DNA of 64,000 nt from positions 7,130,001-7,194,000 of the forward strand of contig CM059432.1 in the NCBI GenBank assembly GCA_030390025.1. Direction: 5' to 3'. Made by a program: the position numbers and the translations under genes. This DNA is from Squalus acanthias (lineage: Eukaryota). This document shows positions 12,814 to 25,467 of the stretch, in pieces (position 1 is the first letter of the stretch; the number at the start of each line of letters is the position of its first letter). The notes beneath the pieces are model-generated. The model was given only the letters and a program-made list of their open reading frames with translations, had not been told where the DNA came from and did not search any database.

Positions 12814-13568
12814 GGCTCGGATTTTGCGGTAAAAATAATGGTGAGGCTGTCGGCGCTCACCGTTATTAAAGAGTAAAATCGGACAGCAACTTCTGGTGAC
12901 CGCACATGCGCAGTTGCCGAGTTGCCCTGCTCCTCCACAAGCTTCGCTATACCAGAATCTCGGCCAGAGACTCGCCATTGAAATACCTGGAACAGCGTGA
13001 AGTTGCTGTACTTACGTAATAGATACCCACTAAACACGCCAGAAAAAGTTAGGACTTGTCCATTCCAGTGTAAGTGTATTTTTAACGGCGTGTTAAGTCT
13101 CAATTACTGCCAAACAACCTCTCTGGCACTGAAAATTTAACTTTTTCAAGTGTGGAGTCTCATTCCATCAGATTTTAAATATTGTTGGAGATTTAAAAAA
13201 AGAAAAAATGTTAACAAATGTTTTCTTTACTTTTTCTTTGTGTCTCTTTTATCTCTCTCTCTTAATCCCATCTTTCTTTCCCTCTCTTTACTTTGCTTTC
13301 TGTACATGATTTAGCATTGAATTAAATGTTCTGACTGACACTTCCTGGTTCAGACTCTGCATGTTTCAGTAAGGATTCTTCAATCTGATTGGTTAAGGAG
13401 TTACACTGTTGCTTGACCTATTCACAGGGGTCCAAGATCCCCTCTAGAGGGTGCTGCGCCGAAAAGGATTTCTAATCACAGCAAGTTCCAGTGTAAAAGC
13501 CCATAGAAAGACTGTGGGCAAGTGTAACGAACGACTGGCCATTTGCTGCTGACCGCAAAATCCAGACC
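12814..13568. mobile_element. PIF/Harbinger-like MITE
   Basis: TIRs GGCTCGGATTTTGCGGT / ACCGCAAAATCCAGACC (14/17). 3-bp TSD AAT at 12811-12813 and 13569-13571. Confidence 0.8.
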
Positions 13569-13688
13569 AATATTACTCAATTGATTTAGTGTAATTTGGG
13601 CCATAACAGTTCAGCTATGACTATTTTCATTCTGGCTTGATTGTAGTGAAAGCATCGAAATTCGTCATATGTTAAATCAGAAAAGTTT

Positions 13689-13753
13689 TGTGTGTGTGTG
13701 GGGGTGTGTGTGTGGGGGGGTGTGTGTGGGGGTGTGTGTGTGGGTGGGGGTGT
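13689..13753. repeat. Compound (GT)n/G-run microsatellite
   Basis: GT repeats interspersed with runs of 5-8 G. Confidence 0.9.
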
Positions 13754-14284
13754 ATTAGTGTCGGTGTCGCAGAGGGGGGAATGTTCCCCTTTTTTTAAAC
13801 TCATAACTGTGGAGAAAAATGATTCAGTGAATGGCTGCTCAGTACCTACCAAAGCTGAGAGTGAGAATCTGCTTTGCTGTCGATGCTATACAGATTGACA
13901 GCAAACGCATACATCAAGAAGCATAATTTCCATCTCTAGATGCTAACTGGGAGTCAGGTCACACATACTAAACCATTTTTGACTAAGTTTAGGAGTGCAA
14001 TGGAACTCAACTAGTACTGGATCAAGAAGCAAATTGTGGTGTCTGATCAAGAATATAGGAGCTCAAACTGTTTTAATTGCCACTCTGCCTGATAGAGAAG
14101 TTTGCTGCTGATATACTAAGGAGATGTCTGAGCAGTAGATCTGGGCTCATGAATTGTTGTAATCTTATCAGTTGTAGATCACCTCTTCACCGAAAGGTTA
14201 TCCTGCCAGGACTGAAATACAAAACTCAACTTGGAGTAAATGTCATTAATTCACATTCATTGGTACCTAAACTACCTTCAACAT

Positions 14285-14700
14285 GGCTGAGTCAGAAGGT
14301 TATGAGTTCAAGTCCACAAGACCTGAGCACAAAAATCTAGGCTGACACTCCAGTGCAGTACTGAGGGAGTGCTGCACTGTGGGAGGTGCCGTCTTTCGGA
14401 TGAGACGTTAAACGAGCTTTCTCAAGTGGACGTAAAAGATCCCATGGCACTATTTCGAAGAAGAGCACAGGGGAGTTATCTCTGGTGTTCTAGCCAATAT
14501 TTATCCTCAGTGAACATCACAAAACACAGATTATCTGGTCATTATCACATTGCTGTTTGTGGGAGCTTGCTGTGCGCAAATTGGCTGCCGGGTTTCCCAC
14601 ATTACAACAGTGACTACACTTCAAAAAGTACTTCATTGGCTGTAAAGCACTTTGGGATGTCCGGTGGTCATGAAAGGCGCTGTAATAAATGCAAGCCTTT
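14285..14700 (+). mobile_element. Deu-domain tRNA SINE (SacSINE1-like)
   Basis: B-box gagttcaagtcc, central domain ggctgacactccagtgcagtactgaggg, L2-like tail. Confidence 0.8.
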
Positions 14701-15051
14701 CTTTCTTTTTACCTGCTTGACGTCACTGCAAGGATAGCATTCAGTACCAACATGGCTTATTGTTATTAGTTCATGTTTAAATGGGGCAATATATGAATGG
14801 TTCTGGTTCCACTGCAGCTTATGCACAGGTAGCACAGCAGTTACACTGGTGCCGTGGCAACGTACACCTCTCCTCAAATTGATTGATCAGTTTTTTTTTA
14901 ATGTTGCGCATTGTTTATATGTTGCCACCCTATAAATAGATTGAAACAAATAATTTTTGGAGAAAACTGTAACTGCCATAAAATGTTGTGGGTTTGCACT
15001 GTTTTATCCGAGACCATTTGTCAATACAAACATGCTCATTGTTCTGTGCAG

Positions 15052-15207
15052 CTGCTACACATCTGTATCGAGGGCTGGGGGAACTGGCGCTGGTCCGAGC
15101 CCTTCAGCGTGGACAACATAGGCACATTTGTTAGAAGTATCCAGTACAAGGGAAGAACAGCATCGCTGATCATCAAAGTGCGGCCACTTAACAGTGTGCA
15201 AAAACAA
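15052..15207 (+). CDS. VPS13B: VPS13B internal coding exon 1 of 13 in window (LLHICIEGWGNWRWSEPFSVD...VQKQ)
   Basis: Acceptor tgtgcag| and donor |gtaagt; 156 nt, phase 0/0. Peptide matches recalled vertebrate VPS13B HICIEGWGNWRWSEPFSVD. Confidence 0.95.
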
Positions 15208-15628
15208 GTAAGTCTCTTTCATGTGGTTGCATGTGAAGGCCAACCATTTTTTTAAATATATCGCAACCCTTTAAATACAGAAGAGAAATGTTGGAGTTTG
15301 TGGTCTAGAAATATGTTTTCCATTTTATTCTGTTTTTCGAGAAGAGCCGTCTTTCAAAGCCGAGGCTGAATATTTTAAAGATGGAAGAGACGGAAAAAAA
15401 ATTGTATGCTTTGTTTTTAACAAAGACATAAATAAGTTGGGCCTTTTGAAAGATATTGTTGAATACAGCACAGCAAATGCTAAACAGTCCTGCTTAATCT
15501 TAAATCACTAGTTGCTGCGTTTGTTGTACTAATTCTACCGACTTTATGAGCATAGAATCATAGAAATTTATGGCACAGAAAGAGGCCCATAATCTAATAA
15601 TATGCTGTGTGAAAAATGTCTTCTAACT

Positions 15629-16523
15629 TAGGTTGACCGTATGGCCCCGTTTTTCGGGGATTATTAGTTCATGTTTAAATGGGGCATTATATGAATGGTT
15701 CTGGTTCCACTGCAGCTTATGCACAGGTAACACAGCAGTTACACTGATTAGGCAGTCCCCGGATTAGGTACTATGTCCCCGGGCTAACGATGTCCCCGGA
15801 AATGTCCCCGGTTCAGAAAACGCGTCCCCGTATAGAGTCCTTTGTTTTTTTAAACGTGAATGAACAGAAACCGCCCCCCCCCCCCCCCGGGGGGAGATTC
15901 TCGGCCTGTTCCCACCCGGTTTGAACTCGGGATCAGAGTCCAGGAGCCGGTTGAACGGAGGCGGCGATGGTGGCCCCGCCTTCCCACAATGCAGTGCGGC
16001 AGAGAAAAGATCCCATCGATAGCTCGGGCCGCACTGCACTCTGGGGGATTGAATCACCCGACCCTGTGTTTCGGCCAATAGTGACTGGCCGGAGGGTGGA
16101 ACCTTTAAAATGCGCGGGAGAAGTTGAGAGCGCAGCGAGAACTGGTGGCTGGTGCATCGTGTGGTTTTTTTTAAGCTGAATAAGGCATGACCTAAATTCT
16201 CCCACCGGGAAGAGGTTTCTGAAACTTCTGAGACAGAGGGTGTTTCACAACGTATATGGAAAATCTCAGTCTGTTTGGAACAGATTTAAAATTGAGAAAT
16301 TAAAAGTTAGGGGGACGAGTATAGATGGTACAGCACTATTGCCAGAACACACGCAAGATTCGAGATTCGGTGTAAAGTGAAAATGCTGTTGTCTCTACAC
16401 ACATTCCACTAGCAGAAGCAACAAAGTCGTCATGTCGGTTTTCTTGAAACACGTCCTGGCTACATGTCTGTGCTTCCCACCCTGTGTGTCCCCAGATTCG
16501 GTTTAGAAAATATGGTCACCCTA
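15629..16523. mobile_element. Non-autonomous hAT (Blackjack-like) DNA transposon inserted in a CR1 fragment
   Basis: TIRs TAGGTTGACCGTAT / ATATGGTCACCCTA. Perfect 8-bp TSD TTCTAACT at 15621-15628 and 16524-16531. Confidence 0.9.
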
Positions 16524-16819
16524 TTCTAACTTCCTCTTCATTCTTCTAGTCATAATTCTGAGTTTTTGCCCCTTTATTGTCGATTCGCCAACCACTGGAA
16601 TCAATCTGTCATTATTTACCCTCTCAAAACCCTTTGTAATTTTGAAAACCTCCAGCAGACTCCCTTTTAACCTTCCCTACAGTGAAAAAAGCTCCAGTAT
16701 TTAAACCCTTTCCTCACAACTATATCCTCTATTTGTAGCATTCTTCACCTGATCCTTTCTGTGGCTCCAGTATCCTTGCTGTAGTGGGATGCCCAGAACT
16801 ATACACATTACTCGAAACA

Positions 16820-17210
16820 GCACTCCTTAGAGCAGAGAAGGTTAAGGGGAGGTTTGACGGAGGTGTTCAAAATCGTGCTGGGTTTTGATAGAGTAAATAC
16901 GGAGAAACTGTTTGCAGCGGCAGAACGGTCGATAACCAGAGGACACAGATTTAAGGTAATTGGCAAAAGCACCAGTGGCGAGATGAGGAGAAATTTGTTT
17001 ACGCAGCGAGTTGTTCTGATCTGGAATGCACTGCCTGAAAGGGTGGTGGAAGCAGATTCCATAATAACATTCAGAAGGAAATTGGATAAACACTTCAAGA
17101 GGGCAATTTTTACAGGGTTATAGGGGAGTGGGATTAATTGGAGAGCTCTTTCAAAGAGTCGGCACAGGCGATGGGCCAAATGGCCTCCTTTTGTGCTGTA
17201 TGATTCTATG
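16820..17210 (+). mobile_element. CR1 3' fragment
   Basis: TRGHRFKVIGK...FTQRVVLIWNALPERVVEA plus a tatgattctatg tail. Confidence 0.9.
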
Positions 17211-17522
17211 GTAAATCAGAAGGGGATAGCTGCAAAATGAACAGTATCCATAGTGTCAATGTTTAAATATCTGTGCTCTGTAATAAGGTGATTTTCAAAA
17301 TGCAACTTGGAATCTGGTTTAGTACCTTATGCACAATACACAAGAATGATTGGCGTAATTTCAAAATAATCCATATGTATTAGAAGGTGTACTAAGTCCA
17401 TGATTATTATATGCAATATTGTCTTCAAGAAATGTGAAGTATTTTGGGGTTTTTTTGCTGGTTTTCTGTGTTTTACCTTTTAGCCCAGACAAGCAACAGT
17501 GTTTGATATTGTTCCCTTTCAG

Positions 17523-17789
17523 ATAATTATTTGTGGAAGACAAGCCATTTGCAGTTACTTAAACCAGGACGTAGAACTGAAGGTGGTGCAGCATTGCAGT
17601 GGACAGGATGGACAAGTGTCGATCAAAGAACATTTTAGCTGCTTGCCGGCGAATCAGAAGATACCATCTTTTGTCCTTGAGAACACAGAGTTCACTGAGT
17701 TTTGCGTCAAGGTTACAGGGAATGACACGAGCTGGTCACCAGATGTGTGTCTAGTGTCCCTTCATTCTGATGACAGCACAGTCATTCAG
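17523..17789 (+). CDS. VPS13B: VPS13B exon 2 (IIICGRQAICSYLNQDVELKVVQH...STVIQ)
   Basis: ctttcag| and |gtattg; 267 nt, phase 0/0; colinear with recalled VPS13B IIICGRQIICSYL. Confidence 0.95.
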
Positions 17790-18064
17790 GTATTGAAATC
17801 AACTGGATCACTAGAAATGAACAAAGGAACAGGAGGAGGCCATTCAGCTCCTCGAGCCTGTTCCGCCATTAGCTCACAGTTGATCTGTATCTTAACTCCA
17901 TCTACCTGCCTTGGTTTCATAACCCTTAATACCCTTGCCCAACAAAATCTATCAATCTCAGTTTTGAAATTTTCAATTGACCCCCCAGCCTCAACAGCTT
18001 TTTGGGGAGGCGAGAGTTCCAGATTTCCACTACCCTTTGTGTCAAGAAGTGCTTCCTGACATCA

Positions 18065-21000
18065 ATGGTCAGGGACAGGAGGGTGTGACTGCTAGACAGG
18101 AAGGTATGGGGACCCAGGATTTAGTGATGGAGGAGCCTCAGCCTTACCTCATACCTGTTGGACAAGGTCTATGAATGAGAACAAGGACTGCAGGGAGGAT
18201 AGATAAACTGACCACGGCACTGTGGTACAGGGGGCCATCCAAGTAGGGGGAGAAGGAAGGAATATTATAGTAGTAGGGGACTGTATAGTCGGGGATAGAT
18301 ACAGTTCTCTGCAGCCGCGAAAGAGAGTCCCGAAGGCTGTGTTGCCTGCCCGGTGCCAGGGTTAAGGATATCTCCTCGCGGCTGGAGAAGAACTTGGAGT
18401 GGGAGGGGGAGGATCCAGTTGTCGTGGTCCATGTAGGAACCAACGACATAGGTAAACTAAGAATGAGGTTCTGCTGAGGGAGCTTGAGGAGCTAGGGTCT
18501 AAATTAATAAGCAGAACCTCAACGATAATAATCTCTGGATTACTACCTGAGCCATGCGCAAATTGGCAGAGTGTCAAGCAGATCAGAGAGTTAAATGCAT
18601 GGCTCAGAGTGGTGTGGGAGGAAGGGGTTTCAATTTTTGGGGCACTAGCACCAGTGCTGGGGAAAGAGGGAGCTATTCCGTCAAGCGGGCTCCACTTAAA
18701 CCGGGCTGGGACCAGCGTCCTGGCGAATCGAATAACTAGGGCTGTAGATAGGGCTTTAAACTAAAAAAAAAGGGGGGGGAGGGGTCAGGTGAGAGGCAAT
18801 TTAGAAATCTAAAGAGAAAGGTCAAGGCAATAGAGCAGTGTAGCGATTTGGGTAAAAATAAGCAGTGTGACAGGAAGGGACAGAGTTTAATGGTAGCAGT
18901 GCAGCAGAGAATAAGGTCAAAGCAGGGAATAATGGTAAAAAATTTAAATTAAAGGCTCTTTATCTGAATGCATGAAGAATTCATAACAAGATAGACGAAC
19001 TAGTGGCACAAATAGAGATAAATGGGTTTGATCTAATAGCCATTACAGAGACGTGGTTGCAAGGTGACCAAGGTTGGGTACTAAATGTTCCAGGGTACTT
19101 GATGTTTCAAAAAGACAGGCAGAATGGAAAAGGAGAGGGAGTAGCCATGATAATAAAGGATGACATAAGGACAGTAGAGAGAAAGGATCTCGGATCGGAA
19201 GATCAGGAAGTAGAATCCGTATGGGTGGAGATAAGGAATAACAAGGGGCAGAAAACACTGGTGGGAGTAGTATATAGGCCCCCTAACCTAGCTCTACCGT
19301 TGGACAGAATATTAATCAAGAAATAGTAGGAGCTTGTAACAAAGGTAATGCAATAATCGTGGGGGACTTTACTCTTCATATAGACTGGACAAATCAAATT
19401 GGCAAAGGTAGTCTGGAGGATGAGTTCATGGAATGCATTTGGGACAGTTTCCTAGAACAATACGTCATGGAACCAACCAGGGAACAGGCTATTTTAGATC
19501 TTGTATTGTGCAATGAGACAGAGTTAATTAGCAATCTCATAGTAAAGGATCCTCTGGGGCAGAGTGATCATAATATGATAGAATTTCACATTAAGTTTGA
19601 GAGTGACTTGCCTAAGTCCGAAACTAGAGTCTTAAACTTAAATAAAGCAAATTACATAGGTATGAGGGGCGAGTTGGCTATTGGATGACCAAAAAATTGA
19701 TAAAAAGGGAAAAAAATTTAATGAGAGTAAACTAGCAAGAAATATAAAAGCAGATTGTAAGAGTTTCTACAAGTATGTAAAAAGGAAGAGAGCAGCAAAA
19801 GTAAATGTTGGTCCCTTAGAAGCTGAGACAGGAGAAATTATTATGGGGAATAAGGAAATGGCAGAAACGTTAAACAAATATTTTGTATCTGTCTTCACAG
19901 TAGAAGACTCAAAAAGCATACCAAAAATGGTAGGGAACAAGGGTCTAATGAGGGTGAGGAACTTAACTAATTAATATAAGTAGAGAAAAAGTACGAGAGA
20001 AACTAATGGGACTAAAAGCCGTCAAATCCCCCGGACCTGACGGCCTACATCCTAGGGTTCTAAAAGAGGTGGCTGAAGAGATAGTGGATGCATTGGTTTT
20101 GATCTTCCAAAATTCCCTAGATTCTAGAACAGTCCCAGCGGATTGGAAGGTCGCAAATGTAACACTGCTATTCAACAAAAGAGGGAGAGAGAAAACGGAA
20201 CTACAGGCCAGTTAGCCTGACATCAGTCGTCGGGAAAATGCTGGAATCCATTGTTAAGGACGTGGTATCAGGGCACTTAGAAAATCATAACATGATTAGG
20301 CAGAGTCAACATGGTTTTATGAAAGGGAAATCATGTTTGACAAATTTATTAGAGTTTTTTGAAGATGTAACTAGCAGGGTAGATAAAGGGGAACCAGTGG
20401 ATGTCGTATATTTGGTTTTCCAAAAGGCATTCGATAAGGTGCCACATAAAAGGTTATTACACAAGATTAGGGTTCATGGGGTTGGGGGTAATATAGTTGC
20501 ATGGATAGAGGATTAGTTAATGGACAGAAAACAGAGAGTAGGGATAAACAGATCTTTTTCAGGTTGGCAGGCTGTAACTAGTGGGGTGCCGCAAGGATCA
20601 GTGTTGGGGCCTCAGCTATTTACAATATATATTAATGACCAAGATGAAGGGACCGAGTGTAATGTATCCAAGTTTGCTGACGATACAAAGCTAGGTGGGA
20701 CAGTAAGCTGTGAGGAGAACACAAAGAGTCTGCAAAGGGATATAGATAGACTAAGTGAGTGGGCAGTAAGGTGGCAGATGGAGTATAATGTCGGGAAATG
20801 TGAGGTTATTCACTTTGGTAGGAAGAATAGAAAAACAGAATATTTTTTAAATGGTGAGAAACTTTCAAATGTTGGTGTTCAGAGAGATTTGGGTGTCCTC
20901 GTGAAAGAAACATAGAAAGCTAGCATGCAGGTACAGCAAGCAATAAGGAAGGCAAATGGCATGTTGGCCTTTATTGCAAGGGGGTTGGAGTATAAGAGTA

Positions 21001-21600
21001 AGGACGTCTTGCTACAATTGTACAGGGCCTTGGTGAGACCACACCTGGAGTACTGTGCACAGTTTTGGTCTCCTTATCTAAGGAAAGATATACTTGCCTT
21101 GGAGGCGGTGCAACAAAGGTTCACTAGATTAATTCCTGGGATGAGAGGGCTGTCCTATGATGAGAGATTGTGCAGATTGGGCCTATACCCTCTGGAGCTT
21201 AGAAGAATGAGAGGTGATCTCATTGAGACATACGAGATTCTGAAGGGGATTGACAGGGTAGATGCTGAGATTGTTTCCCCTGGCTGGAGTGTCTAGAACT
21301 AGGGGGCATAGTTTCAGGATAAGGGTTTTAAGCCATTTAAGACCGAGATGAGGAGAAATTTCTTCACTCGGAGGGTTGTGAATCTTTGGAATTCTCTGCC
21401 CCAGAGGGCTGTGAATGCTGAGTCATTGAGTAAATTCAAGGTTGAGATCGATGGATTTTTGGACTCTAGGGGAATCAAGGGATATGGAGATCGGGCGGGA
21501 AAGTGGAGTTGAGGGGGATGATCAGCCATGATCTTATTGAATGGCAGAGCAGGCTCGAGGGGCTGTATGGCCGACTCCTGCTCTTACTTTTTATGTTCTT
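18065..21600 (+). mobile_element. Degenerate near-full CR1 (ORF1 esterase remnant; APE-RT ORF2 with stops, frameshifts and an internal deletion near 19680), nested in an older antisense CR1 3' fragment (about 17820-21770)
   Basis: ITETW, VYRPP, GDF, SDH, GVPQGSVLGP and FADD motifs across ORFs 19003-21296. ATCA is duplicated at 18061-18064 and 21601-21604, where the host CR1 resumes. Confidence 0.95.
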
Positions 21601-22479
21601 ATCACCCATGAACAGCCTAGCTCTAATTTTAAGGTTATGGCCCCTTGTTCTCGACTCTATCAACTCCTTTAATGATCTTAAGCACCTAATTAGATCACCC
21701 CTTAATCTTCTATACTCAGGGGAATACAAGCTTGGTCTATGCAACCTGTCCTCAGCCCCGGTATCATTCTGAATTGTTAAATAAACCTGACTGAAAATGT
21801 TTAGGATATCAGATTGGTTTTGTGCAGAATATACTTTAGAATGCTTAACAATGGGTGCCAAGTCATCTTGAAATAGAATTATTGGACCTGTGTGTGTGTT
21901 TTGCTGGATTTCTTACGAATTTATAATGGGGAACGCTATTAATACCTATATGATGCTGATTTCATTTTCAAGTACTGTGAGCAGACAGTTTGGAGATGTA
22001 CTGCCTGCTCTAATCGGAGGGAACAGTGCTATGCACATGCATACTTAAGCGCACACACACACAGAGCTGTGCTCATTAAGTTACAAAAGAGTTGACAAAT
22101 CCCATCATTTTTAGCATTATAAAATTAAAGCCTGTACTACCTTTTAACATTAACTATTGAAAATTTGCCAATTGCAACCGATATGAATCCAAACCATGCA
22201 ACACCTCCACAACCTCCTCCTTCTCTGGGCTTACACCAGTAAGGAAGTGCCAGATTGATGCAATTTTAGCACAATTAGACTGCGCATCTTGAATTAGTGC
22301 AATACAAGAACTACTTTGCACCAACGCAGGAGATGCAATGCGGTTGGTCCATCAGACACTAGTCAAGATAATTGCACAAGGTTTGGAGTCTGGTCAAACT
22401 TACTCCCGCCCCTGAAAAATGTAAAATGAGTCCTTAAAAAGAACAAAAACTGAATGTAAATGGAACCAGCGCAAACTTA

Positions 22480-24210
22480 TTATTTTTTATTCATTCATGG
22501 GATGTGGGCGTCGCTGGCAAGTCCAGCATTTATTGCCCATCCCTAGTTGCCCTTGAGAAGGTGGCGGTGAGCCGCCTTCTTGAGCCGCTGCAGTCTGTGT
22601 GGTGAAGGTACTCCCACAGTGCTGTTAGGGAGGGAGTTCCAGGATTTTGACCCAGCGACGATGAAGGATCGGCCGATATATTTCCAAGTCAGGATGGTGT
22701 GTGACTTGGAGGGGAACTTGGAGGTGGTGGTGTTCCCATGCGCCTGCTGCACTTCTCCTTCTAGGTGGAAGAGGTCGCGGGTTTGGGAAGTGCTGCCGAA
22801 GAAGCCTTGGCGAGTTGCTGCAATGCATCTTGCAGATGGTACACACTGCAGCCACGGTACGCCGGTGGTGGAGGGAGTAAATGTTTAAGATGGTGGATGG
22901 GGTGCCAATCAAGCGGGTTGCTTTGTCTTGGATGGTGTCGAGCTTCTTGAGTGTTGTTGGAGCTACACTCATCCAGGCAAGTGGAGAGTATTCCATCACA
23001 CTCCTGACTTGTGTCTTATAGATGGTGGAAAGGCTTTGGGGAGTCAGGAGGTGAGACACTCGCCGCAGAATACCCAGCCTCTGACCTGCTCTTGTTGCCA
23101 CAGTATTTATGTGGCTGGTCCAGTTAAGTTTCCAGTCAATGGTGACCCCCCAGGATATTGATGGTGGGGGATTCGGCGATGGTAATGCCGTTGAATGTCA
23201 AGGGGCGGTGGTTAGATGCTTGCTTGTTGGAGATAGTCATTGCCTGGCATTTGTGTGGCGCGAATGTTACCTGCCACTTATCAGCCCAAGCCTGAATATC
23301 ATCCAATTCTTGCTGCATGCGGGCATGGACTGCTTCATCATCTGAGGAGTTGCGAACGGCATTGAACACTGTGCAGTCATCAGCGAACATCCCCACATCT
23401 GACCATATGATGGAGGGAAGGTCATTGATGAAGCAGCTGAAGATGGATGGGCCGAGGACACTGCCCTGAGGAACTCCTGCGGAGATGTCCTGGGGCTGTG
23501 ATGATTTGACCTCCAACCACTACAACCATCTTCCTTTGTGCTAGGTATGACTCCAGCCAGTCGAGAGTTTTCCCCCCAATTCCCATTGACTTCAGTTTTA
23601 CTAGGGCTCCTTGATGCCACACTCGGTCAAATGCTGCCTTGATGTCAAGGGCAGTCACTCTCACCTCACCTCTGAAATTCAGCTCTTTTGTCCATGTTTG
23701 GACCAAGGCTGTAATGAGGTTTGGAGCCGAGTGGTCCTGGCGGAACCCATACTGGGCATCAGTGAGCAGGTTATTGGTGAGTAAGTGCTACTTGATAGCA
23801 CTATCGACGACACCTTCCATCACTTTGCTGATGATTGAGAGTAGACTGATGGGGTGGTAATTGGCCGGATTGGATTTGTCCTGCTTTTTGTGGACAGGAC
23901 ATACCTGGGCAGTTTTCCACATTGTCGGATAGATGCCAGTGTTATAGCTGTACTGGCTGAAGATGGTTTCCGGGCTCTCCACCATCATTGAGGATGGGGA
24001 TATTCATGGAGCCTTCTCCTCCCGTTAGTTGTTTAGTGGTCCACCACCATTCACAGCTGGATGTGGCAGGACTGCAGAGCTTTGATCTGATCTGTTGATT
24101 GTGTGATCGCTTAGCTCTGTCTATAGCATGCTGCTTCCGCTCTTTAGCATGCATGTAGTCCTGTGTTGCAGCTTCCCCAGGTTGGCCCCACATTTTTAGG
24201 TATGTGAAAA
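22480..24210 (-). mobile_element. 5'-truncated CR1-group LINE of a distinct family; RT region frameshifted
   Basis: PANYHPISLLS, ALDIKAAFDRVWHQG, GVPQGSVLGP, FADD, VRSVMEYSPLAW. Confidence 0.9.
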
Positions 24211-24292
24211 TCCTTTTGCTTTTAATGTAGCTTTTAGTTCATGGCCTCCTTCAAATAACTAACTCGCGTTTCATTGTTATTGATCAATGCAG

Positions 24293-24376
24293 GTCCCAAG
24301 TTCAAACGGCTCCGTGTTACATGTGTGGTGCGCTTCTCTGAGCCTGGACGCAGAGTCCCCAGTACAGCAGAGAGTG
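24293..24376 (+). CDS. VPS13B: VPS13B exon 3 (VPSSNGSVLHVWCASLSLDAESPVQQRV)
   Basis: aatgcag| and |gtgagc; 84 nt, phase 0/0; matches recalled VPSSNSSIIYVWC...VQQR. Confidence 0.92.
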
Positions 24377-24454
24377 GTGAGCGTTCTATTCCTCTTCAGC
24401 CTTTTCAAAGCACTGCTAACATTTTTTTCTACCAAAATAATAACAGTTTTAAAG

Positions 24455-24890
24455 AAAGACTTGCATTTATATCGTGCTTTTCACGACCACCGGATGTCCT
24501 AAAGCACTTTACAGCCAATGAAGTACTTTTGAAATGTAGTCACTGTTGTAACGTAGGAATCGCGGCAGCCAATTTGCGCACAGCAAGCTCCCACAAACAG
24601 ATAATCTGTTTTCGTGATGTTAATTGAGGGATAAATATTGGCCAGGACAGCGGGGATAACTCCCCTGCTCTTCTTCGAAATAGTGGCCACGGGATCTTTT
24701 ATGTCCACCTGAGGGGCCTCGGTTTAATGTCTCATCTGAATGATGGCACCTCCGACAGTGCAGCACTCACTCAGCACTGCACTGGGAGTGTCGGCCTAGA
24801 GTTTTGTGCTCAAGTCTCTGGAGTGGGACTTGAACCCGCAACCTGCTGACTCCGAGGCGAGAGCGCCGCCCACTGAGCCACGGCTGACAC
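24455..24890 (-). mobile_element. Deu-domain tRNA SINE
   Basis: Reverse complement of the 32305-32765 family, with A and B boxes near 24825-24885. Confidence 0.85.
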
Positions 24891-25291
24891 TTTGTTACAC
24901 TTATTCAGAGAGCATTGTGAATGTTTGTGTAAACACTCATTCCTCCGACATCCTTGATGACTTAATGGGGAGGGGGGTGACGGGGTAGATGCGTTAAATA
25001 AATCTGAATCTGGGCAGTGCAAAGCGCCTTGGGATGTTTTACTACGTTAAAGGTGCTATATAAATGCAAGTTGTTGTTGTACCGCCAATAAGATTGAAAC
25101 TGTACCCCGAAAGAGTCAACATCGTCAGGAGTGTATTTTTGTACTTGGGCAAGAATGACCGATTAAAATGTTTTTTTTTCTCAAACCGCATTGCCATTCT
25201 TCCCTGCATGCACCTTGCCCTTCTCTTTGCTGGCACGTTCATTTTTGTTCAGCTCTCAAGACCTGTTTAATATCTTGTATTTCAACTGCAG

Positions 25292-25467
25292 CTGGTTTTC
25301 AGCCCTCTGTTTGTCATGCGAAGCCATCTCCCTGATCCCATTATTCTACACGTGGAGAGGCGGAGTTTGGGTTTGAAAGACCCTCAGGTCATTATTGGAA
25401 AAGGTCAGGAGGAGCCACTCCTGAACGTGGAGCCAGAACTCGTGCACCATTTGACGTTTCAAGCAAG
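25292..25467 (+). CDS. VPS13B: VPS13B exon 4 (LVFSPLFVMRSHLPDPIILHVERRSLG...HHLTFQA)
   Basis: actgcag| and |gtaact; 176 nt, phase 0/2. Translated by hand; not in the ORF track. Confidence 0.95.

Noticed and set aside
1..15051. A further upstream VPS13B exon (expected to end ...YSWRSHKSPQ)
   Set aside because: I found no matching peptide by eye; it probably lies upstream of the window.
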